Shown piece by piece: positions 1-8,548 of a DNA stretch of 32,000 bases. A program made the translations under genes and the position numbers. The notes under the pieces are model-generated. The model saw only the letters and a list, made by a program, of their open reading frames with translations. It made no database searches and was not told where the DNA came from. Position 1 is the stretch's first letter. Each line of letters begins with the position of its first letter. Origin of the DNA: Candidatus Thorarchaeota archaeon (GTDB lineage: Archaea; Asgardarchaeota; Thorarchaeia; Thorarchaeales; Thorarchaeaceae). The stretch lies in NCBI GenBank assembly GCA_008080745.1, contig SHMX01000004.1, positions 180,001 to 212,000 of the forward strand, given 5' to 3'.

Positions 1-634
1 CCATTGCTGAACATTCTGCGTGCCAACCAGGTCTTCCCTTACCCCAAGGACTCTCCCATGATGGTTCTCCAGGTTTTTCAGCTTTCCAAAGAACAAAATC
101 TCTTGGATCCTGTTTCTTTGAGTCTACTTCAACTCGTGCACCTGATGAAAGTTCATCAGGAGATATCTTCGATAATATCCCATAATCTTCGTACTCGCTG
201 ACATCAAAGTACACATCTCCCCCTACTTCATAACCGAGACCATTTTTGATTATCAGCTCGGTCATCTCAATCATGTCATCAATATGCTCAGTTGCTCGTG
301 GATTAATCGTTGCAGGTTTGAGATTGAGTTCATTTGCTATCGTTCGGTATTCAGATATGAACTTGGCAGCAAGCTCGGGAACTGAGATTCCCTCACGATT
401 GGCTCTATCAATCATCTTATCATCAACATCAGTGAAATTCGTGATGTAAGTAACGCGATAGCCTGAGTACTCCAAATAACGTCGTATCGTATCAAATACT
501 GCAAACGACCTTGCATTTCCAATATGAGGGTAATCGTACACTGTTGGACCACACACGTACATTCTTACATGATTTCCTTCCAGTGGCTCGAATTTCTCTT
601 TCGATCTCGACAGTGTGTTGTATACTTTGAGCAT
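1..634 (-). CDS. cysS: Cysteinyl-tRNA synthetase, N-terminal part (runs off the window start; missing from the ORF track)
   Basis: Manual translation from ATG at 634: [48 protein letters not shown]...NFTDVDDK...DFVLWK...[17 protein letters not shown]. It shows the class I HIGH-like motif (HIGN) and the CysRS CGPTVY, DVDDK and GRPGWH-ECSAM motifs. Confidence 0.96.
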   Translation of the reverse strand, partial: MLKVYNTLSRSKEKFEPLEGNHVRMYVCGPTVYDYPHIGNARSFAVFDTIRRYLEYSGYRVTYITNFTDVDDKMIDRANREGISVPELAAKFISEYRTIANELNLKPATINPRATEHIDDMIEMTELIIKNGLGYEVGGDVYFDVSEYEDYGILSKISPDELSSGARVEVDSKKQDPRDFVLWKAEKPGEPSWESPWGKGRPGWHAECSAM

Positions 635-864
635 ATCATCTACCTAAGTCGCTAAAGTATCTTATACATAAAAAGGACTCTGCAAATATTGCCCTGATTC
701 TCATGGGGTTTTGGGAATGTGAATTTTCTGCAGAGATAATGAAGATGCTCAGAAAGCAAATATTGATTACAAATAACTAATTGATAGAGAAGTAATCCAA
801 AAGATGGCTGAATCAAGGATTCTAGATAGATGGTGTTGATCTCATAAAAAATGCAATTGAGGTT

Positions 865-1830
865 GTGCTATCTCGTTCCTTTAACGAGTTTGGAAGAATA
901 TGGCATAAGTCAATGCAGCATCTATCTTGGTATGAAAATCCAAATCCAATTGACTACGATACGAATGAAGAACTAGAAGAATTAGCAGAGAGTTTCTCAC
1001 TTCCACATCACGTATTTCTAATTGCTAAATCCAACGGAGAAACAGTTGGATGTATCACTTTTGAAATACGTGAGAAATCGGCACGATTAGGAGTTACCAT
1101 GCCCGGCGTACCACCAAACGAGAATGCTTTCATGATTGGGAATAGGTTACTCAAAGAAAGCATTTCCATTCTAAAATCAAAATCTATTCCGGTTCTCCAT
1201 TGTACATTCAAATATAGAACTAAGGAGGAAATTCAGTGGCATCTCGATTTAGTTAAATCTCTGGGATTCGTACCTCAACCTGAGGGGACTCAGTTAATAC
1301 GACCTATTGATGAAAGCACAACTATAACTAATGATTCAATTGCTCAGTTTGAGATTCTTCATCGTGAAGACGTATCTCCTCAATCACTTGCTGAATTAAC
1401 CTATCATTCTTTTTTGGGAACTCCCGAAGATAGATCCATCCACAAAGACACCGTGCCCATGACTTTAGATGGCACTTTGGAATTACATAAGAGGATTGCA
1501 TCAAATTCGATGTTCTTTTCTCCTGCAAATTATTGGTACATTGCTAAAATAGGTGATGAGTTGGTAGGAGTGTTGATTGGTGGTGACTTGGGGAAAAGAA
1601 ATGGTTATCGAATCGGAATAATTGGTGAGCTTTGTGTTAGTCCATCTTTTCGTAGGTGTGGAATTGCCAGTAAATTAATTTCCAAGTTTATTTTGGATTT
1701 GAAAAAAGCGAATTTTGATTTTATCTTTGTTGGAACCCCCAGTAGAAACATTCATGCACTCAGACTATATGAGAAACATGGTTTTACTCCAACTAACTAT
1801 GTAACTCATTTCTCATTATCTCTGGAGTGA
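865..1830 (+). CDS. GNAT-family N-acetyltransferase, probably two GNAT domains
   Basis: 321 aa ORF. The C-terminal acetyl-CoA motif A reads LCVSPSFRRCGIASKL, followed by N..ALRLYEKHGF. The N-terminal half has a degenerate GNAT pattern (LIAKSNGETVGCI...LVKSLGF). Confidence 0.8.
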   Translation: MLSRSFNEFGRIWHKSMQHLSWYENPNPIDYDTNEELEELAESFSLPHHVFLIAKSNGETVGCITFEIREKSARLGVTMPGVPPNENAFMIGNRLLKESISILKSKSIPVLHCTFKYRTKEEIQWHLDLVKSLGFVPQPEGTQLIRPIDESTTITNDSIAQFEILHREDVSPQSLAELTYHSFLGTPEDRSIHKDTVPMTLDGTLELHKRIASNSMFFSPANYWYIAKIGDELVGVLIGGDLGKRNGYRIGIIGELCVSPSFRRCGIASKLISKFILDLKKANFDFIFVGTPSRNIHALRLYEKHGFTPTNYVTHFSLSLE

Positions 1831-1861
1831 TTCTTTCCTCTCAAATCGATTTACTCGGTGA

Positions 1862-2941
1862 TTACAGGAGTGAATCTGACTTTTCAATTCGAGGCCCTTC
1901 TACAATATCATCAATTCTTGGATGTATGATTCTTTTCCAAAGTGGCGGAATTAATGCTAACCATATCATTCCAGCATATCCGGTTGGTAGTTGAGGACTT
2001 TTTTCATAATGACGTAGAATTTGATATCTTCGTCCTGGTTTGTAGTGATGGTCTGCATGTCTTTGAAGGTTGAATAGGAACCAATTTGTAAAACGATGGC
2101 TTGAATTCCATGAGTGAGTGATTTTTACACGTTCGTATCCATTATCTGTTTCTTTCCTCTCAAGACCATAATGTTCAATGTAGTTAATCACTTCAAGTAA
2201 AGTGATTGCGACGAATGCTTGTAAAAGAAATAGTAATAACGAACTCAATCCAAGAATGAAAAAGACACCTATTATTAACGCGATTGTATAGAGAAGATGT
2301 CTAAGAGTTCTATTATGAGGGCTGTATGCTGATTTTTCTTGTCTGCTCAATCTATCTGCTTCAAACCGAAATACAGATCTTATAGCTCCAAATACGGTTT
2401 GAGGCCAGAATCTATAAAATGATTGGTTTCTTTTTGCTGTTGCAGGATCCTCTGGTGTTGCAACATGTCTGTGATGACCAACCACATGTTCGAGACCCCA
2501 ATGAAGATATCCCGTTGGCCAGAGAATTATTCGTGACATTGCCATCTCATATTTGCTTTTCACTCGATGCCCTAGCTCATGCCCCACATTTATTCCCATG
2601 ACCCCGCTATTGATTCCTATAGAAATTCCAAGACCAACAAAAGCGTGTGGAGGGAGGTTAACCACGGATACGATATACAATCCCCAGAAGACTAGTCCTA
2701 ATACAATTGGTACACACAGCCAAGTGATAATCCTATATGATTTGCTATTCTCCAATTCATCTTCTTCATTATCTGGAGGATTAGTTGTATCTTCACCTAT
2801 AGCAATATCCAAAATGGGTACAATTACAAAAACGAAAAACGGAGTAAGATAGTTCCACCAACCGCCCAGAAGATAGCCTGTGATAACCAGTACAGGTAAT
2901 GTAAATATGAGAGTATAAGGGAGAGCCCGCATAGATACCAT
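1862..2941 (-). CDS. alkB: Alkane 1-monooxygenase (AlkB/XylM-family membrane non-heme diiron hydroxylase)
   Basis: All histidine boxes are present in order: HELGH, EHVVGHH, NYIEHYG (the AlkB-diagnostic HYG motif) and LQRHADHH. It also has a PQLPTGYAGMIWLALIPPLW C-terminus and several hydrophobic segments. Confidence 0.93.
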   Translation of the reverse strand: MVSMRALPYTLIFTLPVLVITGYLLGGWWNYLTPFFVFVIVPILDIAIGEDTTNPPDNEEDELENSKSYRIITWLCVPIVLGLVFWGLYIVSVVNLPPHAFVGLGISIGINSGVMGINVGHELGHRVKSKYEMAMSRIILWPTGYLHWGLEHVVGHHRHVATPEDPATAKRNQSFYRFWPQTVFGAIRSVFRFEADRLSRQEKSAYSPHNRTLRHLLYTIALIIGVFFILGLSSLLLFLLQAFVAITLLEVINYIEHYGLERKETDNGYERVKITHSWNSSHRFTNWFLFNLQRHADHHYKPGRRYQILRHYEKSPQLPTGYAGMIWLALIPPLWKRIIHPRIDDIVEGPRIEKSDSLL

Positions 2942-2977
2942 TTTACATCGGGACAGTATAAGTTTGTCTTTTGGAAC

Positions 2978-3787
2978 GTGAAACCGATATCTGTAAATCC
3001 TCTAATGCATAAAGTACAGCTAATGAAATCCAGCATTGACGATATTCAAGAAAGAGTTCTTTCACTTCTAGCTATCGATGAGGATGAAGAGGCTGAGGGA
3101 ATACTTGATCCTGCTCTATCTAGTAATCCACAGAATCCACAATTACTCACTCTTGATGCAATTCTCATATTAAGAAGAGGGAGAGAAAAGGCAGCCGAGT
3201 CCAGACTTTGGAAGATAGTGGAAATGGATCCATCCAACGAGTTGGCAGTCTACACGCTTGGCAGTATTCTCAATAGTCAACTTAGAGTTGAAGCTGTGGA
3301 ACAGCTTTACAAAAACACATTGGAGAAACATCCTGACTCACATCAGGTTATGGACGACCTCTGTCGATTTCTCTACGAAGAGGATAGAGCTGAAGAAGCG
3401 TTCAAATTGGCTGGTGCACATAGAAAGAGATTTCCAAAAGTCTACGAGGCTTACGATGCAATTCGTTTTCTTCTTCACAGCGTCGAAGATTCACTAATGG
3501 GTGATGTTGAGGATACTGATGGAGATACTGGTTACCTGAACATGCTGCTCTCAAATCTTGTAGAACAGGCGGATCTGATATTAGAAATGGAAAAACAGGT
3601 TGGTCGTGAGAAGCTTGAGTCCTTGAATGTTGCTTGGGAAATTGATGAGGAACTTCTCAGAATAGCTGGTGAGCTTGAACATTATAAACAGGTAGCAAAA
3701 GTTGTGGGTCTCAATCTACCAACTTCCCTTGATTCTCATATTGATGAAATTATAAAGATAGGACGTTCACGAAGCAACCTTGATTGA
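2978..3787 (+). CDS. TPR-repeat protein (true start may be ATG 3005 or 3023)
   Basis: Helical repeats of TPR spacing (AESRLWKIVEMDPSNELAVYTLGSIL; VEQLYKNTLEKHPDSHQVMDDLCRFL; AFKLAGAHRKRFPKVYEAY). Confidence 0.65.
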   Translation: MKPISVNPLMHKVQLMKSSIDDIQERVLSLLAIDEDEEAEGILDPALSSNPQNPQLLTLDAILILRRGREKAAESRLWKIVEMDPSNELAVYTLGSILNSQLRVEAVEQLYKNTLEKHPDSHQVMDDLCRFLYEEDRAEEAFKLAGAHRKRFPKVYEAYDAIRFLLHSVEDSLMGDVEDTDGDTGYLNMLLSNLVEQADLILEMEKQVGREKLESLNVAWEIDEELLRIAGELEHYKQVAKVVGLNLPTSLDSHIDEIIKIGRSRSNLD

Positions 3788-3789
3788 AT

Positions 3790-4074
3790 CTATTGCCATT
3801 GGTATCCTTTATCCTCTTCCGGAGGTTGGTCAGATTTAGTGGTATATATGACGTGTTGTTCTCCTTCCTTCCAAAGCCAGATATGATAATCAGTACCTTC
3901 AAGGATTTCTAGCATTTTAGCTCGATCGGAATCCTGGAGACCCATTACTTTCAATAGGCTAAATGTATTCACTAGTCTATCAATGTTTTTTTCAATTGCA
4001 GCAGCAATTCTCTCCTTTGAGCCTTCCTCCATCTGTAGAATTTCCGAATCTCGAAGAACAGCCTTAATTCTCAT
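3790..4074 (-). CDS. Hypothetical protein, 94 aa
   Basis: ATG-started ORF that fills the gap between the TPR gene and the kinase and has a protein-like composition. No family recognised. Confidence 0.65.
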   Translation of the reverse strand: MRIKAVLRDSEILQMEEGSKERIAAAIEKNIDRLVNTFSLLKVMGLQDSDRAKMLEILEGTDYHIWLWKEGEQHVIYTTKSDQPPEEDKGYQWQ

Positions 4075-4128
4075 TTCTTATCAATAACAATCTGCTTTGA
4101 CTGATTCATAAGCATATTGCTCCATCAC

Positions 4129-4983
4129 TCACGAAAGTGAGATAACAAACGTGGTTGGATTTGTCACTCTAAGTGATAATAGCCATCCGTGAGCCTGGAT
4201 AATTTTTGCAGCTATTGAAAGTCCTAACCCAGTGTGTTTCTTGTCAGTTGTAAAACCTCTCTCAAATATCCTTTCTTGGATAGATTTGTCTATTGGCACT
4301 CCATTGTTGGAAATTACTATGGCATCGCCTTTCTCTAGACATGATTCTCCCCTAATGGTTATCATTGTAGCCTTTCCATGCAAAATAGCATTCAAGACAA
4401 TATTCTGTAATGCCTGGGTCAGTTTTGTTACATCACAGTTTACAGTTGGAAGATTTTCTGTAGTGACGGTAATACTCTCTGGAACGATACTAGTAGCTTC
4501 CTCCACTATTTCTTCAAAATTGACTTGGTGAGTTATCTCAACTATCTTTCCAGCATCAGCAAGAGTAATAGAACGGGATAATAGATTCTCAATGCTACGA
4601 ATGTGTTCGACGATATCGTCTAGCACTACCTCCTGATAATTCATCCTTAACACATCACAACATGTTAGAATTACATGAAGATGCCCTCGGACATCATGAG
4701 AAAGAGTATGAGCTAATGTACTCAGCTCGTCAGTTCTTCTTTGTATCATCTCTTGCATTTCTTTTTCTCTAAGGAAAACGCCCCTTATTGAGAATGCAAG
4801 AATTGTTAGGACCACTACCGCAACAATCCGAATCAAGTTTGACTCTATATTGTTTCCAAATAATGCTATGAAAAGGTCCGTTTCTTTATGAAATACAACT
4901 AGTTCCAATATTGTGTCGGTTATCCAGACAGAAAATCCAAATAGCATGATTATGAAAAATACTACATTAGGTGAGACCTTCAT
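4129..4983 (-). CDS. Membrane sensor histidine kinase (2 TM + HisKA + HATPase_c)
   Basis: Two N-terminal hydrophobic helices, H-box TLSHDVRGHL, N-box QNIVLNAILHG, G1 SNNG, F-box IFERGFTT, G2 GLGLSI. Confidence 0.9.
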   Translation of the reverse strand: MKVSPNVVFFIIMLFGFSVWITDTILELVVFHKETDLFIALFGNNIESNLIRIVAVVVLTILAFSIRGVFLREKEMQEMIQRRTDELSTLAHTLSHDVRGHLHVILTCCDVLRMNYQEVVLDDIVEHIRSIENLLSRSITLADAGKIVEITHQVNFEEIVEEATSIVPESITVTTENLPTVNCDVTKLTQALQNIVLNAILHGKATMITIRGESCLEKGDAIVISNNGVPIDKSIQERIFERGFTTDKKHTGLGLSIAAKIIQAHGWLLSLRVTNPTTFVISLS

Positions 4984-5221
4984 GCTCTTTAGTCGATGTA
5001 TGACTGGCAGTGTGCTTCTCTCCTCCCAGAACAGGCGCTAAACTTTGGCGAAGTTTACTATCTTTAATATATTTCCATTATAGTATATAAGCTGCAAATA
5101 TTTGATTTACAACCTTTAGTCATATAGTTGACCACCCGCAACCGCACGCAACCCATTTTATGCAAAATCCAAATCGCCGACATCAAAAAATTAAATATAG
5201 TTAATATTAATTATCAGAGAG

Positions 5222-5869
5222 GTGTTTGTAATGACTATCGAAGATATTCCTTCTAGTGGAAAAACCAAAGACGATCAAATATTCAAAATGGTTGAACATA
5301 GCTATGACAGAATGGGCGAAAGGTATCACAAATCTAGAAATAATGACAAGTTTATGAGGCAATTGAAACAATTTGTAGAGTTACTCCCTCTTGCTGCCAA
5401 TGTACTTGATGCTGGATGTGGAGTGGGAAAACCCACCTCTGAGTATCTTTCTAATGAAGGTCTCAAAGTAATAGGCATAGATCTTTCTAGAAAAATGGTT
5501 GATTTGGCGAAACAGAATGTGCCAGATGCTGAATTCCATCAGATGAACATTCTTGAACTGGACTTTCCTGATGAATCCTTTGATGGAATCATCTGTGTAT
5601 ATACTCTTTGGCACATTCCAAGAGAATACCATGAAAAAATCATAGAGAATTTCCATCGAATGTTGAATAATGATGGAATTTTAGTGCTAAATACTGGTGT
5701 CTACGAGTCAGATGGAATGAGTAAGTTCTTTGGCGAACCAATGCTTTGGAGCACTAACAATCCACAGAAAACACTAAGAGTGGTCAAGAATTTGGGATTT
5801 GAAATACTTCAGGAAGGCATTCTAAATCTTGGTGGAGAACGGCAATACTGGATATTTGCCAAGAAATGA
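5222..5869 (+). CDS. Class I SAM-dependent methyltransferase
   Basis: Motif I VLDAGCGVG, then IGIDLSRKMVDLAK, FPDESFDGIIC and HRMLNNDGILV. Confidence 0.88.
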   Translation: MFVMTIEDIPSSGKTKDDQIFKMVEHSYDRMGERYHKSRNNDKFMRQLKQFVELLPLAANVLDAGCGVGKPTSEYLSNEGLKVIGIDLSRKMVDLAKQNVPDAEFHQMNILELDFPDESFDGIICVYTLWHIPREYHEKIIENFHRMLNNDGILVLNTGVYESDGMSKFFGEPMLWSTNNPQKTLRVVKNLGFEILQEGILNLGGERQYWIFAKK

Positions 5870-5887
5870 ACTACAAACACACTTGAA

Positions 5888-5913
5888 AATCTTGAGAGTG
5901 ATATTTCAAGATT
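5888..5913 (+). terminator. Inverted repeat downstream of the methyltransferase, possible terminator
   Basis: AATCTTGA-N10-TCAAGATT is a perfect 8 bp inverted repeat 18 nt after the stop, followed by a pyrimidine-rich stretch. Confidence 0.35.
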
Positions 5914-5938
5914 CTTCTTTATCGTTCATATATTGTGG

Positions 5939-5973
5939 ATAAAAATAGAAAAGAGCAATCAAGATGATTGCTC
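5939..5973 (-). terminator. Hairpin plus U-tract terminator on the minus strand
   Basis: Minus strand reads GAGCAATC-atctt-GATTGCTC then TTTTCTATTTTT, 9 nt after the stop at 5983. Confidence 0.55.
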
Positions 5974-5982
5974 GCATTAAAT

Positions 5983-6114
5983 TCATTTGAAAGGCTCTCT
6001 AATTGGAGGTATCAGCATTATGAAAATAATCAGTATTGCAAACGTAAGTGGGAATGCCATTAATACGGGTGTTGGAATAATGAATATCGCCATGGGAATT
6101 GTGAGTATGTTCAC
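5983..6114 (-). CDS. Putative small hydrophobic membrane protein (43 aa from GTG 6114)
   Basis: Translates as MNILTIPMAIFIIPTPVLMAFPLTFAILIIFIMLIPPIREPFK. It starts 2 nt after the stop of the reconstructed upstream gene and is followed directly by a terminator-like hairpin. Confidence 0.4.
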   Translation of the reverse strand: MNILTIPMAIFIIPTPVLMAFPLTFAILIIFIMLIPPIREPFK

Positions 6115-6171
6115 AATTAATGCGTAGAGCCATCCCTCTTCTTTACGGGTTTGATGTACAACCAGGCTATC

Positions 6172-6179
6172 AGAATTAG
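6172..6179. repeat. Target-site duplication AGAATTAG, left copy (right copy 6377-6384)
   Basis: The same 8-mer flanks both sides of the insertion. The left copy abuts the first base of homology with the second element copy. Confidence 0.7.
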
Positions 6180-6376
6180 GGTATGCAACAGCTGGTGAGA
6201 TCTTGGACAAAGTTGGACAAGATCCGATAGGGGTTTATATAGGGTGATACCAAATGAAGTACTGGTTGAAAGACATAGCATCCCTGACCAGGACAGAGTC
6301 TCACCCAGTGCCGTTACCTGGGAGGCCAACGCTCTGATGTCCAAGATTGTCCAATAAACAATGAACGGTTATTCCA
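6180..6376. mobile_element. MITE-like non-autonomous element, copy 1
   Basis: 6180-6369 aligns without gaps to 20861-21050 with 22 mismatches in 190. It is bounded by an 8 bp direct repeat and has inverted subterminal TGGACA-N4-TGGACA / TGTCCA-N4-TGTCCA motifs. No transposase is present. Confidence 0.72.
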
Positions 6377-6678
6377 AGAATTAGTCCGACTCCTGCTTCA
6401 GGCATCACCAACAAAAATCCATACAACGAGAAAAGAGTTAGAAAAGCTCCATATCCAATGTTCAGAGAGAATACGATTTTATCTGCCACGTGAGAAAAAT
6501 CCATTTCAGAAAATTTGTATATCTCCTGTTATGAAAACACCTTACACCATATCTAGTATGTTGGTTCTCGTGATTATCTTTACAAACCAACAGTTAGAGA
6601 TGCCGAATTTGTGTTTATGCAATAAATTCTGAATCAAAACATATATCCAATTGAATTTAAAATATCTTGAAGAGCACA

Positions 6679-7131
6679 ATGGCACAAATTTGCAATACCT
6701 GTGAGGGAAAATACTCTTCTCTTTGGAAACGTGGCACAAAAAATGTTTGTTCTCGATGTATCCAAATCCATCTCCTTGAAAATTCATACTCTATCTTCTC
6801 ATCAGAGGCCAGAGATGCACTACGCTTAATCACGAAAGAAATCGAGCGTTTACTTGATAAACAGCAAGAACAGGAGACTTTTCATCTGCTAAAAAAGGGA
6901 TTGTCGTACATAAATGGCTATTTGATTCATGAAGCAGATTTTCGCCTTCTTGAGAGTGGAATCTACTGGTACAACGAAGCTATGAAGAAGGAGGACCGCC
7001 TTGATTCCTCTCAATTTATTGTAGATCGTACTCTTCTAGTTGGTAATACTAGATTCATCATTGTAATCTATCTCAAGAAAGGCATGAAAGACGAGGTCTG
7101 GAAGTTCTTCACAGGAATACGGAATACGTGA
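6679..7131 (+). CDS. Hypothetical protein with N-terminal zinc-ribbon-like CxxC...CxxC
   Basis: MAQICNTCEGKYSSLWKRGTKNVCSRC. ATG 6679 is preferred over TTG 6667. Confidence 0.7.
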   Translation: MAQICNTCEGKYSSLWKRGTKNVCSRCIQIHLLENSYSIFSSEARDALRLITKEIERLLDKQQEQETFHLLKKGLSYINGYLIHEADFRLLESGIYWYNEAMKKEDRLDSSQFIVDRTLLVGNTRFIIVIYLKKGMKDEVWKFFTGIRNT

Positions 7132-7294
7132 TATTGTCTGATACTGGATAGATGTGGGAAGTTTCATCTATGCTAAGTTGGAATTTTATTGAACAAAATG
7201 TCTCTCTGCTACAATTGTGTGTAGGATTGATGAAGGTCTTAAATACACCTCCATCCTGCGAAAGGATATAATCCTCGTGAACCGTCCTATCGCT

Positions 7295-7831
7295 CTAGAT
7301 TGTTGTAAGCTCAATTATCCATTCTCGAATCTGGTCCCAATCACGAAAGTCCATCACATCAGGAACCTCTTCTCCTTCATTCATAGATTTCTTTACAATA
7401 CTCTTAACCATACGTCTTACAACAAAGTTGTATTTCTTAAAATCGAACATACCACCGAATAGACCTGTAGATACAGGTTTAATCTCAGGATATTGAGCTG
7501 CGATATTATCGAGGTACATAGTCTGTGCTTCATCACATTTTGCAGGATCACCTGCATCTCCACAGACTACAAATATTGCTACTTTCTTTGTTGCTAGCAA
7601 TGATGTATTCTCTTCAATAAACTTCAAGGGCTCCTTTGCCCATCGTCCCGCCTGAATTCCACTTCCAATCGCAATCAAGTCATAGTCTTCAATGGGATCT
7701 GGTAGGCTTCCTTCCTTTAGATCCACTGCATCAATGGAAACTCCTGCTTCCCGTGCAGTTTTTACCATCTCTTGTACAACTTCAGTAGTTGTTCCATACC
7801 GTGAACGATAACATATTCCGATTCGGTTCAT
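7295..7831 (-). CDS. Flavodoxin-domain protein (Flavodoxin_5 / HemG-like)
   Basis: FMN-binding loop YRSRYGTTTEV, then YDLIAIGSGIQAG, VAIFVVC, FGG and DFRDWDQIREW. The start is placed at the ATG of MNRIGICY, and the track start at 7885 is probably too long. Confidence 0.85.
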   Translation of the reverse strand: MNRIGICYRSRYGTTTEVVQEMVKTAREAGVSIDAVDLKEGSLPDPIEDYDLIAIGSGIQAGRWAKEPLKFIEENTSLLATKKVAIFVVCGDAGDPAKCDEAQTMYLDNIAAQYPEIKPVSTGLFGGMFDFKKYNFVVRRMVKSIVKKSMNEGEEVPDVMDFRDWDQIREWIIELTTI

Positions 7832-8344
7832 ATCTATCAACATGGATGTATATTCTTCCTCACAAAATGATTTCGGCATGTGCACAAGACTTCAATCAGA
7901 AATCTCAGATTGTTGAATTTATGATGCTCGAGCCGCTTTTCAGGTAAGATAATGAGTTGTCTTTGAAACAGCGTAGTCCTCTGGAATCGGGAATGTGTAC
8001 ACTTGCACTCTCATAGAATGCCCCCGCAATTATAGTGATGAGCGATTGTGTTGAATGATATCTTCGTGAGCTAACGTCATGCACCTTAGATTTGAATAGC
8101 GTTTCGGTTTTGAAAGCATATCAGTAGAGTTGACGAACTGATCTATGCTGCCTTGGTTTTCGAGACCTATCTGGAAGAACTCTAGGCAAATTTTGCAGAT
8201 TTCTTTATTACGATTTATCTCTCTCTCGGACTTGGTTATGAGTTAGGTTTCGATGGTCTTATAGAATTCTTCAGATACATGCAGAAACCGTTAAAAGTCA
8301 TCAGAAGAAGACTCTCTTGTTCACATCTTTGATGTGGAAATTCA

Positions 8345-8420
8345 GCCGGTCTGGCGGAGAAGCTGACGCAACAGACTGCAAATCTGTATCACTTGGGTGC
8401 AAATCCCAAGGCCGGCTCCA
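8345..8420 (+). tRNA. tRNA-Cys(GCA) with encoded CCA
   Basis: Acceptor GCCGGTC/GGCCGGC, D-stem GCG/CGC, anticodon arm ACAGA-CTGCAAA-TCTGT, T-arm TTGGG-TGCAAAT-CCCAA, discriminator U73 (the Cys identity element), then CCA. Length 76 nt, followed by a T-rich tract. Confidence 0.92.
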
Positions 8421-8501
8421 TTTCTATTTCATCTTCATTTTTGGTATATACTTTCGAAGTCTTATCATAACATTTAACGCGAACAAATAAACCATAGTAT
8501 A

Positions 8502-8540
8502 TTTATATATATTATATCATAATATATGATAAGATGAGGT
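8502..8540 (+). promoter_or_regulatory. Probable TATA box and SD-like site for the Rab-like GTPase gene
   Basis: TTTATATA at 8502-8509 lies in a very AT-rich stretch. GAGGT at 8536-8540 sits 8 nt before TTG 8549. Confidence 0.45.
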
Positions 8541-8548
8541 TGTGTTAG

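Larger units (their letters stand above)
6117..6504 (-). pseudogene. Small two-TM membrane protein gene interrupted by a 197 bp insertion
   Basis: Removing 6180-6376 and one copy of the 8 bp duplication gives one 183 nt ORF: MDFSHVADKIVFSLNIGYGAFLTLFSLYGFLLVMPEAGVGLILIAWLYIKPVKKRDGSTH*. Confidence 0.65.

Noticed and set aside
6208-6220. AAAGTTGGACA resembles part of some IS3/IS150 terminal repeats
   Set aside because: It is internal to the element, not conserved in copy 2 (TATCTGGACA), and there are no TG...CA termini.
6234-6241. TTTATATA inside copy 1 as an outward-reading promoter
   Set aside because: It is not conserved in copy 2 (CTTAGATA) and such AT-rich 8-mers are frequent in this window.
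6260-6345. Hammerhead or other known ribozyme, riboswitch, SRP or RNase P RNA inside the repeat
   Set aside because: No CUGANGA plus GAAA core or other recognisable consensus on either strand. An Rfam search is still needed to exclude this formally.
5983-6504. Selenocysteine read-through of the TGA at 6301-6303 joining two same-frame hydrophobic ORFs
   Set aside because: An in-frame TAA at 6235-6237 follows, and both stops lie inside the inserted element.
7295-7831. Flavodoxin as the electron donor for AlkB
   Set aside because: It is 4.3 kb away with several unrelated genes between, and it belongs to a widespread family. Only proximity supports the link.
1-8420. Functional clustering of cysS and tRNA-Cys
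   Set aside because: They are 7.7 kb apart on opposite strands with unrelated genes between, which is compatible with chance.
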